This document shows positions 49,556-57,572 of a stretch of DNA of 64,000 nucleotides, in pieces. The notes under the pieces were generated by a model that worked only from the letters and a program-made list of their open reading frames with translations, had not been told where the DNA came from and ran no database searches. Every line of letters begins with the position of its first letter. The stretch's first letter is position 1. Source of the stretch: an uncultured Pseudomonadota bacterium (GTDB taxonomy: Bacteria > Pseudomonadota > Alphaproteobacteria > JACZXZ01); NCBI GenBank assembly GCA_963749075.1, contig CAVVLJ010000017.1, positions 768,001 through 832,000 of the forward strand, given 5' to 3'. The translations under genes and the position numbers were made by a program.

Positions 49556-50222
49556 GATCGACCTTGAAATTGTAGAGCTGGCGCGCCGAGCCGTAGCGGC
49601 GGAACTCGCCCGCATCGGCGGCGATGCTCGCGCGCGCGAGGAGAGCCGCGAGCGTCGCCGCGTGCGCCTCGGTCATCGGCTTCTCGACGCAGTCCGAGCC
49701 GAGGCTGGCGACGCTGCCGCGCACGAAGAGCACCGCCTCATAGATCGAATCGCCGAGATGCGGCCCCGCATCGCCGCACACGACGAGATGCCCCGCCTGG
49801 GCCATGAAGGCGCTCATATGGCCGACCGAGCCGCCCACCACGATGTCGACGCCTTTCATCGAAATGCCGCAGCGCGAGCTGGCGTCGCCCTCGATGACGA
49901 CGAGCCCGCCGTGCCCCGAGGCCGCCGCCGCCTGGGAGGCGTTGCCCTTCACGCGCACCGAGCCCGACATGATGTTCTCGGCAAGGCCCGGGCCGGCATG
50001 GCCGTTGACGACGAGCTCGGCCTCCTTGTTCATCCCGGCGCAGTAATAGCCGACCGGCCCGTCGATCTCGACCGCGATCGGCACCTGCAAGCCGACTGCG
50101 ACGGCATGCGCACCCTTGGGGTTGCGGATGCGCCAGGCGCGCTCGTTGGTCTGCGGCGGCAGGCGGTGCAGCCGCTCGTTCAAGCCGCGCACGCCCACCG
50201 CCTCGAGGTCCACCTCAATCAC
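49539..50222 (-). CDS. mgsB: N-methylglutamate synthase GXGXG subunit (GlxC/MgsB)
   Basis: GYYCAGMN, RCGISMKG, HMSAFMAQAG, GDSIYE. Confidence 0.9.
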   Translation of the reverse strand: MIEVDLEAVGVRGLNERLHRLPPQTNERAWRIRNPKGAHAVAVGLQVPIAVEIDGPVGYYCAGMNKEAELVVNGHAGPGLAENIMSGSVRVKGNASQAAAASGHGGLVVIEGDASSRCGISMKGVDIVVGGSVGHMSAFMAQAGHLVVCGDAGPHLGDSIYEAVLFVRGSVASLGSDCVEKPMTEAHAATLAALLARASIAADAGEFRRYGSARQLYNFKVDHAAQY

Positions 50223-50226
50223 GCGC

Positions 50227-51126
50227 TTAACCCCTCCGCCAGCTATAGACGGTCGCCGGCGCCGGCTCCCAGACGACCGCGTCCTCGGCCCCCGGCAAGT
50301 GCGCGATGGCGCGGTATTCCGAGGCCATCGCCACCCAATCGCCGGTCTCGGCGAGCACCGCCGGCTTGCAGGCGATGGCGTCGCGCACCACGGCAAAGCC
50401 GTCCTTGGTGGCGACCGCGAAGGTATAGAAGCCGTCGAGGTCGGAAAGGCCGGCGTTGAGCGCCTCTTCGAGGCTGTCGCCCTCGCCGAGGCGATGGCTG
50501 AGATAGCCGGCCGCCACCTCGCTGTCGTTGTCGGTCTGGAATTCGACGCCGCGCCGCGCGAGCCGCTGGCGCAGGCCGTTGTGGTTGGAGAGCGAGCCGT
50601 TATGCACGAGGCAGAGGTCGTGCCCGGTCGAGAAGGGATGGGAATGCTCGGTGGTGACGGCGCTCTCCGTCGCCATGCGCGTATGGCCGAGGGCGTGGGA
50701 GCCCGCGAGCTCCGCGAGCCGGAAGCGGCGCACCACGTCGGCCGGCAGCCCCGCTTCCTTGTAGAGCTCGATGGTTTCGCCGAGACCCATCACGCGCACC
50801 TCGGGCCGGCTCAGGGCGAGCCACTGCCGCACGATGCCGAGCGAGGTGGCGGCCACGAGGACGAAGTGACTGGCCCGCGCCTCGCCGCTGACCGCCACGC
50901 CGAGGTCCGCGGCCATGGCGTCGACGAGGCCCTGCCAGTCATAGCCGGGCGAGCCATGGTAGAGCGTCATCTTGAGCGACCCCTCGGGTGCGGGATTGCG
51001 GTAGACGGCGAAGCCGGCACTGTCCGGCCCGCGGTCGCCCAAGGCCGTCAGCATGACCGCCAGGTGGCGGCCCAACGAGCTTTCCAGCGCTGGAGTCTTG
51101 AGGAAGAGTCCGACGATCCCGCACAC
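50227..51126 (-). CDS. mgsA: N-methylglutamate synthase amidotransferase subunit (GlxB/MgsA)
   Basis: N-terminal CGIVG, RGPDSAG, GHTRMATES, HNGSLSN. Confidence 0.9.
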   Translation of the reverse strand: MCGIVGLFLKTPALESSLGRHLAVMLTALGDRGPDSAGFAVYRNPAPEGSLKMTLYHGSPGYDWQGLVDAMAADLGVAVSGEARASHFVLVAATSLGIVRQWLALSRPEVRVMGLGETIELYKEAGLPADVVRRFRLAELAGSHALGHTRMATESAVTTEHSHPFSTGHDLCLVHNGSLSNHNGLRQRLARRGVEFQTDNDSEVAAGYLSHRLGEGDSLEEALNAGLSDLDGFYTFAVATKDGFAVVRDAIACKPAVLAETGDWVAMASEYRAIAHLPGAEDAVVWEPAPATVYSWRRG

Positions 51127-51244
51127 GGCAGCTTGCCTCCGATCCGGAAAACCGAGCGGGAGGATAGGCGATCGGCGCAGCGCCTGCAACATTTGATGAA
51201 AAAATCTTCACTCCCAAGAAACGAAGCGAAGCGGGCGCCCCGGC

Positions 51245-52348
51245 TCAACCGGCGCCGAGAAGGCCGTCCCCGGCGTCGCACGCGGCCTCGCAGATGCGGT
51301 GCGCGAACATGAGGCTGCGCGTGCCGACGAGGCGGTTCATGGCGATCACCATGCCGAGGCCCTCGCGGGGATAGATGCGCGTCTCGGAGGTGAAGCCGGG
51401 GCCGCCGCCCTCGTGGTTGAGGAAGCGGCGGCCGGAGGCCTCGCCCAGCTTCCAGCCGAGGCCCACGCCCAGGCGCGCCGCCACCCCTGCGCGGCCGCGG
51501 GCGACGAGGCTCTGCATGAGGGCGGTCGAGGCGGCACTCAGGATGCCGCCGCCGCCTTGGAGCTGCGCGCGCACGAAGGGAAGGAAGCCCGTGACCGAGC
51601 CGACGAGCCCGCCGATGGCGGCCGTGTCCACGTCGTAAGCCCGGAGTGCGACGAGCCCGCCGCTCTGCGCGCCGAAGAGCCGCCGTGCGGTGGCAGGAAA
51701 GCGCCAGCGGAGGAAGAGCCGCCCCGGCTCGAAAACGCCCATGTAGCCGGTGGCTGCGAGCCCTTGCGGCACCGCCGCGGCGGCGAAGCCCACCGCCATG
51801 CCCAAGGGCTCGAGGATGCGCTCTTCCACGTAAGAGGCGAAGGGCCGTGCGGCGGTCCGGCTCACCACCTCGCCGAGAAGTGCATAATTGACGTTGCGAT
51901 ACTCGACCCTTCGGCCGGGCGGCCTTCTCGCGGCGATGCGGTAGCGCGCGAGCGCCTCCGCGGTGCCGGGCTGCGGGTCGCCTGCGAAATGGACGGCGAG
52001 GAATCCGCCGAGCGTGTCCTCCAAGCCCGAGCTGTGGCTGAGAAGATGCTTGAGCGTGATGCCGGCGAGGGTGCGGAACTCCGCGAGATGCGTCGTGACC
52101 GGATCGTCGAGCTTGAGCTTGCCCGCCTCGGCGAGCTGCAGCACGGCGGCCGCGGTCACGAGCTTGGTCGCGGAGAACAGGTGATAGACGGTCTCGGGCG
52201 TAGCCGGCTTGCCGCTCGCGAGGTCGGCGCAGCCGAAGGCCGCGGACCAGCTCCGCCCGTCTCTTCCCACGACCGCGAGCGAGCAGCCGGGAATGCCGAG
52301 CGCCGAAAGTTCGGAGCGCACCAGCGCGGCAATGGATTGACGCGACAT
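51245..52348 (-). CDS. Serine hydrolase, beta-lactamase class C-like family
   Basis: FSATK (SxxK), LLSHSSG, YRN (YxN), HEGG. Confidence 0.9.
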   Translation of the reverse strand: MSRQSIAALVRSELSALGIPGCSLAVVGRDGRSWSAAFGCADLASGKPATPETVYHLFSATKLVTAAAVLQLAEAGKLKLDDPVTTHLAEFRTLAGITLKHLLSHSSGLEDTLGGFLAVHFAGDPQPGTAEALARYRIAARRPPGRRVEYRNVNYALLGEVVSRTAARPFASYVEERILEPLGMAVGFAAAAVPQGLAATGYMGVFEPGRLFLRWRFPATARRLFGAQSGGLVALRAYDVDTAAIGGLVGSVTGFLPFVRAQLQGGGGILSAASTALMQSLVARGRAGVAARLGVGLGWKLGEASGRRFLNHEGGGPGFTSETRIYPREGLGMVIAMNRLVGTRSLMFAHRICEAACDAGDGLLGAG

Positions 52349-52402
52349 GGGCTCGATCAGCGTATCTCTGTCATGCGCGTCCAGGAGGCCTAACCGCCGG
52401 CG

Positions 52403-52735
52403 CTATGAGCCCTTCTTCGGAAAGATGGCTTGCGTGATGGTAAAAATCACGGCGCCGAGTTGGACAGTGGTGGCGCCGGGAAGCGACATCACGACTTTGG
52501 CGTCGATGATACGGTCGCCCGGATTTATTTTCCCGGACCAGAGCAGCGCGCAGTCCTGCCAGAACGCAAAGCCCAATCCGACCATCACGAAGGCGTTGGC
52601 GCCAATGAAGAGAAACATGACGTGGCGCGCGAATTTCTGGCGTATTTCTAAATCGCCCAAGGCGATTTTGTCCGGAACACTGACGAACGCCTTTTCCTCG
52701 GACGACAGGGTCCGAGGGGCTGTACCATCATCCAT
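52403..52735 (-). CDS. Hypothetical 2-TM membrane protein (candidate toxin)
   Basis: 110 aa with two hydrophobic helices; lower GC; starts 20 bp after the upstream small gene. Confidence 0.65.
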   Translation of the reverse strand: MDDGTAPRTLSSEEKAFVSVPDKIALGDLEIRQKFARHVMFLFIGANAFVMVGLGFAFWQDCALLWSGKINPGDRIIDAKVVMSLPGATTVQLGAVIFTITQAIFPKKGS

Positions 52736-52755
52736 TTCCAGGGCCGCCGTCCTGG

Positions 52756-52965
52756 TCAGCCGGTCAGAGAAATCTTGGTCGGCGTTTTGTCCTGGTCGAG
52801 AATCGTGACCGTCTGATCCTCGGTATTTCGGGCGCGCGCGGCGATCCGAGCAAGAGCCACCGCCTTACGGATGACGGCGGTGCTTGTGGTTACGCCGAAG
52901 ATCTCCTTGAGCTCGTCGATCGCCTTTGCAGTGCCGTCGTCAAGCTGGAAACTCGTCTGCGGCAT
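52756..52965 (-). CDS. Small ribbon-helix-helix-like DNA-binding protein
   Basis: MPQTSFQLDDGTAKAIDELKEIFGVTTSTAVIRKAVAL has a strand-helix-helix pattern; strong AGAGGAGG RBS. Confidence 0.7.
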   Translation of the reverse strand: MPQTSFQLDDGTAKAIDELKEIFGVTTSTAVIRKAVALARIAARARNTEDQTVTILDQDKTPTKISLTG

Positions 52966-52980
52966 GGCCATACCTCCTCT

Positions 52981-53026
52981 ATACGATTATCGTAAGCGAT
53001 ATATACGGAAATCGTATTTTTGTCAA
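52981..53026 (-). promoter_or_regulatory. Sigma70 promoter with two palindromic operators
   Basis: TTGACA(53026-53021)-N17-TATATC; TACGAT-N-ATCGTA at 52982-52994 and ATACG-N5-CGTAT at 53003-53017. Confidence 0.8.
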
Positions 53027-53057
53027 TGGACTTTTTGATTTCACCGTCTCGCCGCCC

Positions 53058-53506
53058 TCAGCGCTTCCTCCCGAACGACTGCTTGCGGCACCCCGCGGAA
53101 GAGGGACATGTGCGTGTGCTGCGCCAGCCATGGCGTGGCGATGGCGGAGCGCCGGAAGGCGACGGTGGCGCGGCCCGGCCGCTCGTAGGGCACGCCCTCG
53201 CGGCTGTAGCCGGTCGAGTTCGAAGCAGGCCAGGCCCGTAGCCGAGAGGCGGTCCGCGGCGACGAGCGCCTTGATCTCCGCGAGGCGCCAGCGGAAATCG
53301 GCGATGACGGGCCACACCTTCTGCCACTGCAGGCGCTCGACCGCCTCGCGCCCCGCCACGAAATCGCTGAAGGTGCCAAAGGCCACCATGTCCTCGGCGA
53401 AAAGGTGCCGCGCACCTGCGAAGTCGACCGCTTGCACGCGCTGGGCCAACTCGGCGAACCATGCGCACACCCGCTCGAGATCGCCGTCCGCCGCTGCGTC
53501 ACTCAT
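53058..53506 (-). pseudogene. SnoaL/NTF2-like (DUF4440-type) protein with apparent +1 frameshifts near 53222 and 53083
   Basis: VDFAGAR.LFAED..AFGT, QW..VWP in one frame; STGY...RPGRAT...W.A.HTHMSL in another. Confidence 0.75.
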
Positions 53507-54992
53507 CGGCCCCTCCGCTCTTCCCGCTCGATTTGCTGCACGGCCGGGCCGCGTCCGGCGGAGCCGGAGCGGGCGGCCGCGGCGGCGCCATCACCTGGTG
53601 GCCGCTCACCTCCGCACCCGCATCCGCCGCGAGACGCCGGAAGAAGAGCAGCGAGAGGAGCGAGAGCAAGCCGGCGACGGCGAAGGAGACCTGCGTGTCG
53701 ATGGCCGCAAGCTCGCCCGGGGGTGCTGCGCGCCAGGCCACCATGCCGTTGAGCAGCACGGCGCCGAGCGCGATGCCCATGCCGTTCGAGAGCTGCTGCA
53801 TCATGCTGGAGATGCTGGCGGCACCGCTCAGCTTGGGCGGCAGGATGTCGGCGAAGGTGAGCGTGTTGAGGCCGGTATATTGCAGCGAGCGGAAGAATCC
53901 GCCGGCGAGCAGCAGGACGAAGATCACCCAGCTCGGCGTGGTGCGGGTGAAGAGGGCGCAGACGAGGAGCGAGGCCGCGGAGATGACGGCATTGCCGATG
54001 AGGACGTTGCGGAAGCCGAAGGAGCGCAGGATCGGCTGCGTCGTCATCTTCATGACGAAGGAGCCGAGAGAGCTCGCGAAGGTCAAGAGGCCCGAGGCGA
54101 AGGCGCTCATGCCGAAGCCGACCTGCAGCATGAGCGGCAGCAGGAACGGCAGCGCCCCTGCGCACATGCGGAAGATCGAGCCGCCGGCGACGGTCACGGC
54201 AAAGGTCGGTATCTCGAGCAGCGAGAGGTCGATGAGCGGATGGGGGTGGCGCTTGGAATGGCGGACGCCGAGCACGCCGGCAGCCCCGCCGACGCCGAGC
54301 AGCAGCCAGAGAAGCCAGGCGTTGCGGCCGGGATGGCCGACGAGATCGAAGTCGTACATGAGGCAGGTGAGCGACGTGCCGGTGAGCACGAAGCCGATCC
54401 AGTCGAAGGGCCAGGTCTCGTCCTCGCGGTAGTTCTCGATGAGCAGGCTCACGAGGACGATGCCGAGAATGCCGATGGGCACGTTGAGGAAGAAGATCCA
54501 GCGCCACGAGACGTAGGTCGTGATGAAGCCGCCGACCGGCGGGCCGAGCACCGGCCCGATCAGCGCCGGCACGGTGAGATAGGCCATGGCGCGCACGAGC
54601 TCCGTCTTCTCGACGCTGCGGATCATGACGAGCCGGCCAACCGGCACCATCATGGCGCCGCCGATGCCTTGGAAGATGCGCGCGGCGGCGAACTCGAGGA
54701 CGCCGTTCGAGAGGCCGCAGAGGATCGAGCCCGCGAGGAAGACGGCGATCGCCAGTCGGAAGACGGTGCGCGCGCCGAAGCGGTCGGCCACCCAACCGCT
54801 CACCGGAATGAACACCGCGAGGCTCAGCATATAGGCGGTGATGCCGAGGCTGAGGGCGATGGGGCTGGCATCGAACGACACCGCCATGGCGGGGAGTGCG
54901 GTGGTGATCACCGTGCCGTCGAGGTTCTCCATGAAAAGCGCGCAGGCCACGATGAGCGGGACGACCATTGACCTCGATCGGCGGGGAACCAT
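53499..54992 (-). CDS. DHA2-family MFS transporter
   Basis: FMENLDGTVITTALP, GWVADRFGAR, GPVLGPPVGG, WRWIFFLNVP. Confidence 0.93.
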   Translation of the reverse strand: MVPRRSRSMVVPLIVACALFMENLDGTVITTALPAMAVSFDASPIALSLGITAYMLSLAVFIPVSGWVADRFGARTVFRLAIAVFLAGSILCGLSNGVLEFAAARIFQGIGGAMMVPVGRLVMIRSVEKTELVRAMAYLTVPALIGPVLGPPVGGFITTYVSWRWIFFLNVPIGILGIVLVSLLIENYREDETWPFDWIGFVLTGTSLTCLMYDFDLVGHPGRNAWLLWLLLGVGGAAGVLGVRHSKRHPHPLIDLSLLEIPTFAVTVAGGSIFRMCAGALPFLLPLMLQVGFGMSAFASGLLTFASSLGSFVMKMTTQPILRSFGFRNVLIGNAVISAASLLVCALFTRTTPSWVIFVLLLAGGFFRSLQYTGLNTLTFADILPPKLSGAASISSMMQQLSNGMGIALGAVLLNGMVAWRAAPPGELAAIDTQVSFAVAGLLSLLSLLFFRRLAADAGAEVSGHQVMAPPRPPAPAPPDAARPCSKSSGKSGGADE

Positions 54993-55162
54993 GCGGGGGC
55001 GCTCGAACTTTCGGCACTGGCCGGACGACGGGGCTTAGAGCTTAGGATGCGGCCGCGGCCAGGGCTAGCCCGCGCTTGCCGAGCGGCCGGCCCGCCTTCC
55101 CGACCCGCGAGGAGCTGTGCTAGGCTCGCCGCCGGCCCGCTCAAGGAGACGCGAAGAGCGCC

Positions 55163-56062
55163 ATGTCTCTATCGATGAATGAACCACGCTCGGCCGCTGC
55201 CGCCGCTGCCGCCATCGAGGTGGTCCCCACCGGTGCCGCACTCGGCGCCGAGGTCCGCGGGGTCGATCTGCGCCATCTCGACGCCGCCGCCTTTGCCGCC
55301 ATCCAAGCCGCCTGGCTCGATCATCTGGTGCTGCTCTTCCGCGGCCAGGCGCTCGGCGACGAGGCGCTCATCGCCTTCAGCCGGCGCTGGGGCGCCCTCG
55401 ACTGGGCGCCGGTGCAGGAGACCGGCCGGCGCTTCGTGGAAGGCCATCCCGAGCTCTACGTCGTCTCCAACGTGGTCGAGAACGGCGTCCCCATCGGCAG
55501 CCTCGGCGCCGGCGAGGCGGTGTGGCACACCGACATGTCCTATCTCGAGGACCCGCCCAAGGCGAGCATGCTCTACGCCCTCGAGATTCCGGAGAAGGGC
55601 GGCGACACCGGCTTCTGCAACATGTACACGGCCTATGACGCGCTGCCGCCGACGCTCAAGGAGCGCGTCGCGAAGCTGAGCCTCAAGCACGACGGCACCT
55701 ACAACAGCGGCGGCTACCTGCGCCAGGGCACAGAAGCGGTCGACGATCCGCGCCGCTCGCCGGGTGCGGTCCATCCCCTCGTCTGCACGCACCCCGAGAC
55801 GGGCCGCCGCATGCTCTATCTCGGCCGCCGCCGCAACGGCTATGTGAGCGGCCTCGAGCTCGCCCAATCGGAGGCGCTCCTCGACGAGCTCTGGGGCTAT
55901 GCCACGCGCGCGGAGTTCGCCTGGTACAACCGCTGGCGCGCGGGCGACCTCGTGCTGTGGGACAACCGCTGCACCATGCACCGGCGCGATCCCTTCGACG
56001 CCGCGGCGCGCCGCATCATGCATCGCACCCAGATCAAGGGCGAGACGCGGCCGCACGCGTAG
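55163..56062 (+). CDS. TauD/TfdA-family dioxygenase
   Basis: LGAEVRGVDL, WHTD, HPLVCTHPETGR, WDNRCTMHRR. Confidence 0.93.
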   Translation: MSLSMNEPRSAAAAAAAIEVVPTGAALGAEVRGVDLRHLDAAAFAAIQAAWLDHLVLLFRGQALGDEALIAFSRRWGALDWAPVQETGRRFVEGHPELYVVSNVVENGVPIGSLGAGEAVWHTDMSYLEDPPKASMLYALEIPEKGGDTGFCNMYTAYDALPPTLKERVAKLSLKHDGTYNSGGYLRQGTEAVDDPRRSPGAVHPLVCTHPETGRRMLYLGRRRNGYVSGLELAQSEALLDELWGYATRAEFAWYNRWRAGDLVLWDNRCTMHRRDPFDAAARRIMHRTQIKGETRPHA

Positions 56063-56089
56063 GCTTCGCGGGGAGCCGGGCGCTCCGCC

Positions 56090-57556
56090 TCAGAAATAAC
56101 CGGAGAAGCCGGTCGCCGCCGGCTGGCCGCTCGGCAGCTGCGAGCCCTCCCAGCCGCCGCCGAGCGCCTGGATCAGGGCAACGCTCGCCGTGAGCCGGCT
56201 CTCGAGCACGTTGAGCGCCGTCTCCTCGTCGCCGAGCGCCGTCGCCTGGGCGGTGACGACGCTGGTGTAGTCGATCGTGCCGGCCTTGTACTGGTTGAGG
56301 ATGAGCTGCGCCGCCTCCTCGGCCTCCTTGACCGCGGCGTCCTGCACCTTGGCCTGCTCTTCGAGGATGCGCAGCGCCGCGAGCTCGTCCTCGACCTGCT
56401 GGAAGGCGGTCAGCACCGTCTCCCGGTAATCGGCCACGCTCTCGTCGTAGCTCGCGCGCGCCGCTTGAACCTGGGCGCTGCGGGCGCCTGCGTCGAAGAC
56501 CGTCAACGCGAGCTGGGGCCCGAGCGACCACACGTTGCTCGCGGTCTGGAAGAGGGTTCCGAGCTGGTTGCTCGCCAAGCCGGTCGAGGCGGCGAGCGTC
56601 AAGTCCGGGTAATAGGCGGCGATCGCCACGCCGATCTGGGCGTTCGCAGCGGCGACCTTGCGCTCGGCGGCGGCGATGTCGGGACGGCGCTCGAGGAGGG
56701 TCGAGGGCACGCCGACCGGGATCGCCGGCACGTCCACGGCAAGGCGCACGGGCGCCATGTTGAACTCCGCCGGCGGCTTGCCGATGAGGACCGCGATGGC
56801 ATGCTCGAGCTGCGCGCGCTGCACGCCCACGTTGATCGCCTGGGCGCGCGTGTTGTCGAGCTGGGTCTCGGCCTGGGCCACGTCCGAGCGCGCGGCGTTG
56901 CCGACCGCGTATTTGTTGCGCGTGATCTCGAGCGACTTGGCGTAGCCCTCGGCCGTGGCGTCGAGGAGCCGCTTGAGCTCGTCCTCGACGCGCAGCTGGA
57001 AATAGGCGGTGGCAAGCGCCCCCTGGGCCGAGAGGCGGGCATTGGCGAGGTCGGCGCCGCTCGCCTGGGCGGTCGCCACGTTGCTCTCGACCGTGCGGCG
57101 GATCTTGCCCCAGACGTCGATATCCCAGCTCGCACCGAGCGAGAGGTCGTATTGGCTCACCGGCTTGGCGCCGCGGCTCAGCGTGCTGCTCGCCTTGGAG
57201 CGCGTGGCCGAGCCGTCGAGCGTCACGGTCGGGAAGAATGCGGCCTGGGCCTGGCGGACGGCGGCGACGGCCGCGCGGTAGGCCGCCTCCGCGGCGAAGA
57301 CATTCTGGTTCGAGACCTCGACCCGCTGCTCCAGCTCGTCGAGCACCGCGTCCTTGTAGACCGACCACCAGGCGCCGCGGTCCGACGCGTCCTGGGGCGC
57401 TCCCGGCTTCCAGCCGGCGATCTCCTTATAGGCCGCCGGCGTTGCGACCGGCGGCCGCACATAGTCGGGCCCGACCGTACAGGCCGCGAGTCCGGCGAGA
57501 GCCGCGAGCGCTGCGAGCGTGCGTTGATGCCGGTACGCCATTCGCCTTTCCCTCAT
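56090..57556 (-). CDS. RND efflux outer-membrane lipoprotein (NodT family); alternative start at 57541
   Basis: LAACTVGPDY lipobox, SWDIDVWG, LLERRPDI, ALGGGW. Confidence 0.93.
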   Translation of the reverse strand: MRERRMAYRHQRTLAALAALAGLAACTVGPDYVRPPVATPAAYKEIAGWKPGAPQDASDRGAWWSVYKDAVLDELEQRVEVSNQNVFAAEAAYRAAVAAVRQAQAAFFPTVTLDGSATRSKASSTLSRGAKPVSQYDLSLGASWDIDVWGKIRRTVESNVATAQASGADLANARLSAQGALATAYFQLRVEDELKRLLDATAEGYAKSLEITRNKYAVGNAARSDVAQAETQLDNTRAQAINVGVQRAQLEHAIAVLIGKPPAEFNMAPVRLAVDVPAIPVGVPSTLLERRPDIAAAERKVAAANAQIGVAIAAYYPDLTLAASTGLASNQLGTLFQTASNVWSLGPQLALTVFDAGARSAQVQAARASYDESVADYRETVLTAFQQVEDELAALRILEEQAKVQDAAVKEAEEAAQLILNQYKAGTIDYTSVVTAQATALGDEETALNVLESRLTASVALIQALGGGWEGSQLPSGQPAATGFSGYF

Positions 57557-57572
57557 GCGCGCGCTCTTCTCC

